NCBI GenBank assembly: GCA_018221305.1
Contig: JAAOYK010000055.1
Coordinates: forward strand, 1 to 59,656
DNA length: 59,656 nucleotides
Origin: Candidatus Pacearchaeota archaeon
GTDB lineage: Archaea; Nanobdellota; Nanobdellia; Pacearchaeales; GW2011-AR1
Direction: 5' to 3'
Positions within the stretch are counted from its first letter, which is position 1, and each line of letters starts with the position of its first letter. A model generated the notes under the pieces. It was not told where the DNA came from and made no database searches. It saw only the letters and a list, made by a program, of their open reading frames with translations. The position numbers and the translations under genes are program-made. Positions 43,482 through 51,912 of this stretch are shown here, in pieces.

Positions 43482-45167
43482 TTAATTCACAACGTTTTCT
43501 TTACTAACCTTCTTTGCAATGTAAGTTATTATAAATCCAAAAATGAAAAAGACTACTAATTTGTCAATAGATGCCATAAAAAAGTTTAATTGACGTCCAA
43601 GAACAATTGTATTAAACAAAATGTTTTGAATAATAACTAGCGGGTTTAATCTGACAAAAAATCCAATTATTGGCCCGGTCATAAACGTTGGAGCTAAAAT
43701 GTCTGAAAAAACAATAATTAAAAGGGTTGCAAAGATTGACAAAAGCATTGACAAACTTTGTGTTTTTATTAAGTATCCCAAAGTCATCCCAATAAAAATA
43801 AATATTGACGTAACTAAAAATATTGAGAGTAATACCAAAAGTGAACTAACTGGGAAAGGGACCTTTATCCAGTATAATCCTATTAAAAATAATGCAACTA
43901 TTTGTACTGATGCAAGAAAGATGTTGGTTACATAATCAGCAACCAAAAATGAAATATCTTTTGCAGGACTAATAATTTCTCTCAAATGGCTTGACCTATG
44001 AACCTGGCGCAGTATGAACGTGTTTGACAAAACTATTGAAGTGAACGCTATAATCATTGCAATAAGCATTGGGTAAGTGTATAGTACAGGATCTGTAGAA
44101 AATGTGAACGGATTCTTAAAATTAACATATACTCGCCCTTTGCCAAATTTATCAGACATTTCGTCCATCTCGCTTCGTGCTTCATCTAACTGAGTCAAAA
44201 AGGTTTTTACTCTAGACTTTGCAGCCCGTGTCCTGCTAATTGATGTTACTAAATCACTTTCAAGTTTGTACAAGGCAGCTTTCATTGACATCATCTGGTT
44301 TATTAAATTGTCTAATTCAACTTCTGCTTTATTGGCTGCCCCTTGCACTGACAAACCAGAGATAGTTTCAAGATCATTATTTATGTCTACGAATTCGTTA
44401 TTAATTTGATCAATTTGATAATTTAACTGATTATCATAAGTTGAATCTGTATCATTATTTATTATACTACTAATCACAGCAACCCGATCCAAGATTTCTT
44501 CGTTACGTGATTTAATACTTTCTATTTCTTGTTTGAGTAAGATAGCTTCAGAACTTTGGGCTGCAGTATCATATTGATACTTAAGATAGTTTAGTTGTGC
44601 TTCAATATCTTCAACAGTTCTTATAGTGTTAGTAACATTTGTATGATAAAGACTAAGCATTTCTTCTTGTTCTTCTAGTTCAACGTAAACTTGATCTAAT
44701 TCCTTTTTTGCAGTATCAATAGATGTAGAAAAAAGTGTCATTTTTGCGTCAAGATCTTTTGCAGTTTCTTCAATAAATACTGCTTGTTCTTCTGAAACTT
44801 TTTCCAAAATATACTTTTTCATATAAACTTCTATACTTTCTTTAGAATTATCAATCATGATATCAATTTGACGCACACCATTATCTTTTTGTATATGAAA
44901 ACAAATATTTGTAGTTTCCTCGACTAGATCATTAATACAACTAGAAAGTGAATGATAATTTTTAATTTTTTTAAATTCAGAAAAATCAAAATTATATTCT
45001 GGATCTTCATTTATTACACCAACTCTTAAGTTTGATGCAGAACTTGAACTAAGTAGGGTTCCTGCGATTAAGATTAATGCTATTGGACACACAATTAATA
45101 CAACAAAATAATTCCAATTACGTGACACGGTTTTCAGATTTTTTTTAAAAACATTAAGCACTGCCAT
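43482..45167 (-). CDS. ABC-2-type permease with large extracytoplasmic coiled-coil insert (YhgE/Pip-like topology)
   Basis: An N-terminal TM, then ~330 aa of helical or coiled-coil sequence, then 5 C-terminal TM helices. There is a 14-nt overlap with the ATPase gene. Confidence 0.65.
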   Translation of the reverse strand: MAVLNVFKKNLKTVSRNWNYFVVLIVCPIALILIAGTLLSSSSASNLRVGVINEDPEYNFDFSEFKKIKNYHSLSSCINDLVEETTNICFHIQKDNGVRQIDIMIDNSKESIEVYMKKYILEKVSEEQAVFIEETAKDLDAKMTLFSTSIDTAKKELDQVYVELEEQEEMLSLYHTNVTNTIRTVEDIEAQLNYLKYQYDTAAQSSEAILLKQEIESIKSRNEEILDRVAVISSIINNDTDSTYDNQLNYQIDQINNEFVDINNDLETISGLSVQGAANKAEVELDNLINQMMSMKAALYKLESDLVTSISRTRAAKSRVKTFLTQLDEARSEMDEMSDKFGKGRVYVNFKNPFTFSTDPVLYTYPMLIAMIIAFTSIVLSNTFILRQVHRSSHLREIISPAKDISFLVADYVTNIFLASVQIVALFLIGLYWIKVPFPVSSLLVLLSIFLVTSIFIFIGMTLGYLIKTQSLSMLLSIFATLLIIVFSDILAPTFMTGPIIGFFVRLNPLVIIQNILFNTIVLGRQLNFFMASIDKLVVFFIFGFIITYIAKKVSKENVVN

Positions 45168-45951
45168 CTTTTGATTTTTCCGGTTTTGTTAGTTTTGATT
45201 TTTCCGGTTTTTTTACAATTGGTTTTTCAGGTTTTATTACAATTGATTTAAAGATTTCAGAAAATGCTTTTTTTGTTCCATACTTTTTCCGATAATTTTT
45301 TGGAGACGCTATCGCAACAATTTTCCCTTTATCTAATATTCCTATCCTGCTACAATTTGCTTCAATTTCATCCAAAAGATGCGATGTAACAATTATCGTT
45401 GTTCCTGCCTTATTAATCTCATGAATATATGCCCAAATATTTTTTCGCAAAAGCGGGTCCAGTCCTGCAGTAGGTTCGTCCAAAATTAAAAGTTTTGGGC
45501 TATGTATTAGCGATACTAACAAGTTTGCACGTTTTTGTGTACCTCCAGAAAGATTTCTTATAAGCGTATTTTTGTAATAAGATAATCCTAACAATTTTGC
45601 TAACATGTCAAAGCGTTCTTTAATTTCTGCTTTCTTTTTCTTATAAAGACGTCCAAAATATAAACTGTTTTCAAAAATACTCATTTCCATAAATAAAGTA
45701 TTACCTTGTGTTGCAAAACCAGTGTTATTTCGAAGATAACCAATCTTACGTCGCGTATTTTTTCCTTCAAACATAATGGTTCCTTGACTACTTTCAGACA
45801 TGCCGATGATAATCTTAAGAAGTGTTGACTTCCCGCCCCCGCTTTCTCCGATAAGTCCAAAAATTTCTCCAGAAAGTATATTAAAATTTATGTCTGAAAG
45901 GATTACATTTTTCCCATACTTCTTTTTTACATTCTTAAATTCTAATAACAT
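45154..45951 (-). CDS. ABC transporter ATP-binding protein
   Basis: Walker A is GESGGGKST, the signature is LSGGTQKR, and Walker B is LLILDEPTAGLD. The C-terminal tail carries KPEK repeats. Confidence 0.9.
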   Translation of the reverse strand: MLLEFKNVKKKYGKNVILSDINFNILSGEIFGLIGESGGGKSTLLKIIIGMSESSQGTIMFEGKNTRRKIGYLRNNTGFATQGNTLFMEMSIFENSLYFGRLYKKKKAEIKERFDMLAKLLGLSYYKNTLIRNLSGGTQKRANLLVSLIHSPKLLILDEPTAGLDPLLRKNIWAYIHEINKAGTTIIVTSHLLDEIEANCSRIGILDKGKIVAIASPKNYRKKYGTKKAFSEIFKSIVIKPEKPIVKKPEKSKLTKPEKSKDGSA

Positions 45952-46028
45952 TATTACTATATAGATGAATATATCTTTTTAAAAACTTGCTTTAAAGTTA
46001 CCTAAGACTTTCTTGGATAGAAATATTG

Positions 46029-47981
46029 TTATTGAGTCTCAACAATCTGCTTAATTCTGCCAACACTTTGAGGGTTAACTAAAGTCATTAATCCTTTAGG
46101 TTCTTCCTTTGTGATTATTGCTTTAAGGATTCTTCTCATTATTTTACCAGACCGAGTTTTTGGCAAATCCTCGACAAAATATATTTTTGCAGGTCTAGCT
46201 GTTGGCCCAATTTTTATATCAACAAACTTTTTTAATCTTTTTTCTAGTTCTGGCCCTGGTTTTCCATGTTTTAAAACTACAAAAGCTACAGGAACTTGTC
46301 CTTTAACAGCATGAGGTAATGGTACTATTGCACATTCTCCAACATGTTTATCTGCGTCTATTGCATTTTCTAGTTCTGCTGTTGCAAGTCTGTGTCCTGC
46401 AACTTTCATGACGTCATCAGTTCGTCCTGTAATTCTTATAAGACCATTAGTTGTGTAAGCACCATCGCTTGTATCATAATACTTTTTATACTTTTTCCAG
46501 TATGTTTCAACAAACTTTTTATGATTATTATACACCCCATGAAGCATTCCTGGAGCAAAAGGGCTTTTCTGTATTAAAAATCCTGGCTTTCCTGGTTTTA
46601 CGGGTCTGCCTTTTTCATCAACAATTTCTTTGGTAACTCCTGGAAATGGCCTGCCTGATACTGTTGGGACAAATGGCCCAATTCCTGGTAATACATTGAT
46701 TAGTGTACCTCCAGTTTCGGTCTGCCACCAAGTATCAATTATTGGACATCTTCCTCCACCAATCTTATTAAAATACCACATCCATGATTTAACATCTATT
46801 GGTTCTCCAACCGAGCCCATTATTCTAATTGATGATAAGTCATATTTATTAATCCATTTTTCATCAATTTTCATAAACATTCTAATAGCTGTAGGTGCAG
46901 TGTAGAACATGTTAACCTTATGATCTTGTATTAACTTCCACCATCTTCCAGGGTTAGGATAATCAGGCCCGCCTTCATAAATTAATGTTTTTGCACCAAC
47001 TAGTAATGGTCCATACATTGCATAAGTATGTCCTGTAATCCACCCAACATCAGCAGTACACCACATTAAATCATCTTCATGCATGTCAAAGTTCCATTTT
47101 GTTGTCAAGTATGCTTGCATTGCATACCCTCCAGTATCATGAACTATTCCTTTAGGTTTACCTGTAGTTCCTGAAGTGTATAAGATAAACATTGTATCTT
47201 CACTGTTCATAATCTCAGGCGCGCAATAAGAATCAACTTTCTCCATTTCTTTATTAAAATCTAAATATTTACCACCAGTAGGCGCTTTTTTCTTTATCCT
47301 TGGGACAATTATTATTTTCTTGATTGTTGTACGTCTAGCAGCTGCTCTAGCTTTTTTTAGTAAAGGTTCTGGTTTTCCTCGCCTGTAATACCCATCACTT
47401 GTGATCAAAATTTTTGCTTTACCATCTTGTATTCGTGCTTTTAGTGCCTCTGAAGAAAATGCACTAAATACTATAGAATGTATTGCTCCAATTCTTGTAC
47501 ATGCGAGCATTGCAACCATTGCTTCAGGAACCATTGGTAAATAAATTGAGACAACGTCTCCTTTACCAACTCCATACTTTTTTAGCACGTTAGCAAATCT
47601 GTTAACTTTGTCATATAATTGTCCATAAGTAAACTCAATTGGTTTTTCGTTCACAGGTTCAGGAACCCAAACCATTGCAACCTTGTTTGCTTTGTTTAGA
47701 TGTCTATCAAGACAGTTTACACAAAAATTAAGTTTTCCTCCTTTAAACCATTTAAAATAAGGCAATTTTTCTTCATATCCTATGTCCCATTCTTTTTCCC
47801 ATGTTAACCCCTCACGCGCTTGCTCTTCCCAGAACTTTACAGGATCTTTTGCAGCTTTAGAATAAACACGCGGATCACTCATGAACGCAATCTTTTTCAT
47901 TGCAGGACTTGGCCAGAAAACTCCATTTTTACGAGTAACATACTTTACTGCTTTTTTTTTCTCTTTTGCCAACTTATTCAC
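46029..47981 (-). CDS. acs: acetyl-CoA synthetase (AMP-forming)
   Basis: Contains YTSGTTGKPKG, the WWQTETGG hinge and the C-terminal PKTRSGKIMRR. The 650-aa length fits. Confidence 0.9.
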   Translation of the reverse strand: MNKLAKEKKKAVKYVTRKNGVFWPSPAMKKIAFMSDPRVYSKAAKDPVKFWEEQAREGLTWEKEWDIGYEEKLPYFKWFKGGKLNFCVNCLDRHLNKANKVAMVWVPEPVNEKPIEFTYGQLYDKVNRFANVLKKYGVGKGDVVSIYLPMVPEAMVAMLACTRIGAIHSIVFSAFSSEALKARIQDGKAKILITSDGYYRRGKPEPLLKKARAAARRTTIKKIIIVPRIKKKAPTGGKYLDFNKEMEKVDSYCAPEIMNSEDTMFILYTSGTTGKPKGIVHDTGGYAMQAYLTTKWNFDMHEDDLMWCTADVGWITGHTYAMYGPLLVGAKTLIYEGGPDYPNPGRWWKLIQDHKVNMFYTAPTAIRMFMKIDEKWINKYDLSSIRIMGSVGEPIDVKSWMWYFNKIGGGRCPIIDTWWQTETGGTLINVLPGIGPFVPTVSGRPFPGVTKEIVDEKGRPVKPGKPGFLIQKSPFAPGMLHGVYNNHKKFVETYWKKYKKYYDTSDGAYTTNGLIRITGRTDDVMKVAGHRLATAELENAIDADKHVGECAIVPLPHAVKGQVPVAFVVLKHGKPGPELEKRLKKFVDIKIGPTARPAKIYFVEDLPKTRSGKIMRRILKAIITKEEPKGLMTLVNPQSVGRIKQIVETQ

Positions 47982-48037
47982 ACTCTTTTTTTGATAAATA
48001 TATATTAAAACATGACTTTCAACTTATAAATCTTTGT

Positions 48038-48631
48038 CTAGTCAATAAACTTTTTTTTACCTTTGGTCCCTTTATACCAAAGCATTTTTGTATAACCGGT
48101 GTTATCGATCCATTCTGCAGGAATTTCTAATTCTTTTAAAACTTCTCGAAGTTTACGCCTTGCTTTTTCCATTTCAGAAGGTTTTGCTAAATATTCAAGT
48201 TCCATGAACCAGCCCAAATTTTTTACATTATTTAGCTCGATTGAAACTTTTTTATCTTTTTTCCATTTATATGTTTCATTAAACTTAATCTTTTTTACCC
48301 ATTCTTTAAACCCTAAATCTTCAAACAATGCTAGCAAGTCTTGTACTTCTTCTTTACCTTTTAATGAAAATTCAAATTCTTGTTTGACAACAATATCTTT
48401 TGTCCAATGATTTTTAAGATGTTTTTTAAAATTAACTTCAAACTTATCACTCATTGCCCGAATCCTAAAAGCTTTTTTTGGGTATCCACCCATTTTTCGT
48501 TTAATTGCAAAATAATCATCACTTTTTTTGCCTTTCTTGTCAAACTTGGCAATTTTCTTAATTTTTGCACGAAGGTTTTGAATCTCAGAAATAGGAATCT
48601 GTGCTTTTGTTTCAACCTCTAACCATACCAT
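48038..48631 (-). CDS. CYTH-domain protein (CyaB-type class IV adenylyl cyclase / triphosphatase family)
   Basis: N-terminal EVETK (the ExExK motif), alternating basic beta-strands (FRIR, FKKH), and a late ELNNV..LGWFMELEY. Confidence 0.7.
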   Translation of the reverse strand: MVWLEVETKAQIPISEIQNLRAKIKKIAKFDKKGKKSDDYFAIKRKMGGYPKKAFRIRAMSDKFEVNFKKHLKNHWTKDIVVKQEFEFSLKGKEEVQDLLALFEDLGFKEWVKKIKFNETYKWKKDKKVSIELNNVKNLGWFMELEYLAKPSEMEKARRKLREVLKELEIPAEWIDNTGYTKMLWYKGTKGKKKFID

Positions 48632-48696
48632 CTTTTTTTTAAAATAATCTGTCCTCTTAAATATGAAACTGTTATAATCTTTATAAAGTTTGCTCT

Positions 48697-49674
48697 TTAT
48701 TTTTGAGCACCCTTAAGCTTTTCAAGTTCAGCCCTATCTGATTCTAGTTTCTTTTTTGCTTCACTAATTTTTCGCTTTTTATCTTTAATGTTTGAAATTT
48801 CTTTTTGAGCTTCCATTAATTTGCTCTCAGCGTCAGCTAATTCTTGATCTTCAGTAATATATGCTGGCTTACTTATTGCTTGAGCTGCCATTTGTAATGC
48901 TGGTTGAGGAACCACTGGTTTGCTTGGCTGCATTTGTTCGTTAACTTTTTGTGGTGCAGCTTTTTGTGGTTGAACATATTGTCCTTGAAATGGGCTGCCT
49001 TTAGCAGGCTTTTTCTTTTTAGACTTTTTGACAATAAAAATTATGATAAACAATATTATCACAAAGACAAGAAAACCAATACCACTATAAATTAATATGT
49101 TTAATAAATCTGAATTATCGCCATCTTCATCGCCTAAAATGGCTTCTCCTGTAACAGACGTGTCAGTATCCTGATCCTGAGCTATTGTCTCAACAGTTGC
49201 TTCCCCATCATTACTTAAATTCTCAACAACAGTCTCATTAGGGTCAACCACCTCTTCTTCAGGCTTTTTTTCTGGAACAGTCTCAATATATCCAGTATCA
49301 ACCGTAGCTACTGGGTTTGGTGCAGTTAAATCAATAAATACGCTTTTTCCTAGCATAACTGTCTCAATCATAAGTATAGGGTTATCTTTGAATCTTATCA
49401 TGTTTTTATTCTCATCCTTAATAATAAAAGAAATATGTGCTAATTTTTCACTTGTTGTATGATTTACTGTAAAAATTCCTTCATTATCTGTAGTACCATA
49501 CAACGTTCCGCCAGGCAATTTTCTTCCGGTTACTGGATTCAAAAGGTTCATAGAAACTTCATACCCTGGCCCGGTTTTTATTCTAAATAGAACATTTCCT
49601 GCCAAGACTGCAGGCATTATAGACATGACTATTATTATTGCAAATATCGATAACACACCAGTTTTTCTTATCAT
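48697..49674 (-). CDS. type I membrane protein with CarboxypepD_reg-like beta domain and cytoplasmic Q/P-rich + coiled-coil tail
   Basis: A signal peptide (LSIFAIIIVMSIMPAVLAG), an acidic stalk, a TM segment (ILIYSGIGFLVFVIILFIIIFIV) and a helical tail. Confidence 0.45.
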   Translation of the reverse strand: MIRKTGVLSIFAIIIVMSIMPAVLAGNVLFRIKTGPGYEVSMNLLNPVTGRKLPGGTLYGTTDNEGIFTVNHTTSEKLAHISFIIKDENKNMIRFKDNPILMIETVMLGKSVFIDLTAPNPVATVDTGYIETVPEKKPEEEVVDPNETVVENLSNDGEATVETIAQDQDTDTSVTGEAILGDEDGDNSDLLNILIYSGIGFLVFVIILFIIIFIVKKSKKKKPAKGSPFQGQYVQPQKAAPQKVNEQMQPSKPVVPQPALQMAAQAISKPAYITEDQELADAESKLMEAQKEISNIKDKKRKISEAKKKLESDRAELEKLKGAQK

Positions 49675-49720
49675 ACTTTTTTAGAAATCATTTTAATTTA
49701 TAAACTTATGTATGAATAAA

Positions 49721-50473
49721 TTATTTAACAAATAATCTCTTATAATTCTCTTTGATTTTCTCTTCAACTACTTTTAAATTCATATCTTTAATCTCACTAA
49801 TTTTTTTATAACCTTCAATAACATTTACTGGCGTATTATTTCTTTGTCCTTTTTGCGGGTGCAGATATGGGCTATCAGTTTCACACAAAATGTTTGTTAT
49901 TGGTAATTTGTCAACTAATTTTTGCATTTGTTCACTATATGTAATATTAGTAGGTATTGAAAAATACCATCCATTTTTTATTGCTTTATCAACTAGGGAC
50001 AGTTTTCCATTAAAACAATGAACTATTACTTTTTTACAATTATCTCGGTCTAACATGTCCAGGACATCATGTTCTGCGTTTCTTGAATGAACAATTATTG
50101 GTTTGTCTAAATCTATACTTAATTGTATAAACTTTTCAAAATTTTCTTTTTGAGCCTTTAGCTCCTTACTCCATTTTAAATCAATACCTACTTCACCAAT
50201 TGCTATTATTTTGCCCTTATTTTTTTTAATAAAATTGATCTCATCTTCAACCTCTTGATCTGTTAATTTTAATGCATCTATTGGATCAATCCCAAGAGCC
50301 ACCTTAATCTCAGTATATTTATCTGCAAGTTTTAAGATGCGTCTGTTAGTCTTCACATTTACTCCATTAACAATAATTGTATCAACATTATTTTTTCTAG
50401 CACCCTCTATAACTTGTTCAATTTTTTCATCACTATACATGTCAATATGGCAATGCACATCTATATATGTCAT
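49721..50473 (-). CDS. TatD-family metal-dependent hydrolase
   Basis: Contains IDVHCHI, GEVGIDL, IVHSRNA, HCFNG and ETDSPY motifs. Confidence 0.85.
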   Translation of the reverse strand: MTYIDVHCHIDMYSDEKIEQVIEGARKNNVDTIIVNGVNVKTNRRILKLADKYTEIKVALGIDPIDALKLTDQEVEDEINFIKKNKGKIIAIGEVGIDLKWSKELKAQKENFEKFIQLSIDLDKPIIVHSRNAEHDVLDMLDRDNCKKVIVHCFNGKLSLVDKAIKNGWYFSIPTNITYSEQMQKLVDKLPITNILCETDSPYLHPQKGQRNNTPVNVIEGYKKISEIKDMNLKVVEEKIKENYKRLFVK

Positions 50474-50506
50474 AATTATAATTAGATCTAAAGGGTATAA
50501 AAATGT

Positions 50507-50896
50507 TTAACTTTCTTTATTAAAGACTGTTTCCTGAAACCATTGATATGTCTTAGGTAAATTTTCTTTAACAACTTTTTCTGGTAAAAATCCTAATAAT
50601 GATTCCAATCGAGGTGGTCTTGTTAAGCATACTGTATGAAGCGCAGGAGCATCTATCTCGTTTAATGGATTATTATACTCTCCGACTATGGCATAAACAT
50701 GAAAGATTCTCTCCCCAGATAACCAGGATCGCATAGATTTGACTTTTTCATTATTTAAAGGAGAAACTAATTCTTCTTGACAGTCATATCCAAAAGTTGA
50801 AGTATTTATGTAAACAGATCCTCTGCCAGCCTCATCTTTTATTGCAATATGGGGTGTTATTATATTTTCTTTTGATTCATGATCTACTACTGTCAT
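50507..50896 (-). CDS. hypothetical protein
   Basis: 129-aa ORF. No motif was recognised. Confidence 0.35.
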   Translation of the reverse strand: MTVVDHESKENIITPHIAIKDEAGRGSVYINTSTFGYDCQEELVSPLNNEKVKSMRSWLSGERIFHVYAIVGEYNNPLNEIDAPALHTVCLTRPPRLESLLGFLPEKVVKENLPKTYQWFQETVFNKES

Positions 50897-51076
50897 AAAT
50901 ATATTACTAATTAATGCTTTTTAAAGAAGTTTACTTTTCAATCATATCAATTGCTGAATATACTTTCACAAATCAAACTCTTGGATAAATTCATATCATT
51001 TATAAAGTATGCTTACTCAATCTTTGTATTGAACTTTTTAGACAATTATAGGGAGGTAAAAATAATAAAATATATA

Positions 51077-51571
51077 ATGGTAAAAACAGCAATATATGTT
51101 GGTGTTGGGGTTATTGTGACTTTAGCACTTTTGGCAACTTTTGGTCTTGTTAGTGCTCATTGGTCTAGTGATATAAAAGACAAACCAGGCTATGACTCAG
51201 AAAAATACACTGCAATGCAAGAAACTTATGATAACTTAGATTATGATGGCTGGGTTGCGTTAATGCAAGAATATGGTAAGGATTCAGAATTTATAGAATC
51301 TATAACAGAAGAAAATTTTGAAACTTATGTTGCAATGAATAAGGCAAAAATGTCTGGCGATATTGAAACTGCTAAAGAGTTAGCAGAAGAACTTGGTCTT
51401 TGGAAAGATAAAAGTGATTGGAAAGATAAAGCTGCTTGGCATAAAGGCAAGTTTGCAGGCAAAGGTGATTGGGCTGAAATGCACAAAGGCAAGTTTGCAG
51501 GCAAAGGTTATGGTGGATGTTCTAAGGGATGTGACGCAAAACCAGGATGTCCATACACAAACACTGAATAA
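51077..51571 (+). CDS. small membrane-anchored/secreted protein with duplicated HKGKFAGKG motif
   Basis: I prefer the ATG at 51077 (MVKTAIYVGVGVIVTLALLATFGLVSA, a signal or anchor sequence) over the TTG at 50951. An internal repeat reads WHKGKFAGKGDWAEMHKGKFAGKGYGG. The C-terminus is CSKGCDAKPGCPY. Confidence 0.45.
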   Translation: MVKTAIYVGVGVIVTLALLATFGLVSAHWSSDIKDKPGYDSEKYTAMQETYDNLDYDGWVALMQEYGKDSEFIESITEENFETYVAMNKAKMSGDIETAKELAEELGLWKDKSDWKDKAAWHKGKFAGKGDWAEMHKGKFAGKGYGGCSKGCDAKPGCPYTNTE

Positions 51572-51697
51572 TTTTATTTTTTATTTTTTTTAATCTTTAG
51601 TTAGAAATAACTAGTAAATTACAAATAAATTTTTATAGTTACTTTTTGTTAAATTATTAAATAGAAGAAAAAAGGAGGGATAAAATATAAAAACAAG

Positions 51698-51907
51698 ATG
51701 ACAAAAAAACAATTTTTAGAAAGTTTACGCGGAAAACCGGTTCATGTTGATTTCATGGAAGATGATAATCTCTCACAAGTAGAAGGTTACCTTGATTTCA
51801 CGATTGACCCTGAGGATCCTGATAACATTGCATTAGAAATCATGTCAAACAAAGGGTATCAAAAAATCGATATGAGTGAAGTAAAAAAGATTTATGTTAA
51901 AGGGTAA
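51698..51907 (+). CDS. small hypothetical protein (possibly Sm-like fold)
   Basis: 69-aa ORF preceded by a strong AAGGAGGG box. A weak Sm1-like pattern (GKPVHVDF...VEGYLDFTID) is present. Confidence 0.35.
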   Translation: MTKKQFLESLRGKPVHVDFMEDDNLSQVEGYLDFTIDPEDPDNIALEIMSNKGYQKIDMSEVKKIYVKG

Positions 51908-51912
51908 ATCAA

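Noticed and set aside
50951-51076. TTG-initiated 42-aa N-terminal extension of ORF 50951..51571
   Set aside because: The extension is AT-rich promoter-like sequence. The ATG at 51077 gives a normal signal or anchor peptide and is preceded by a GGGAGG box.
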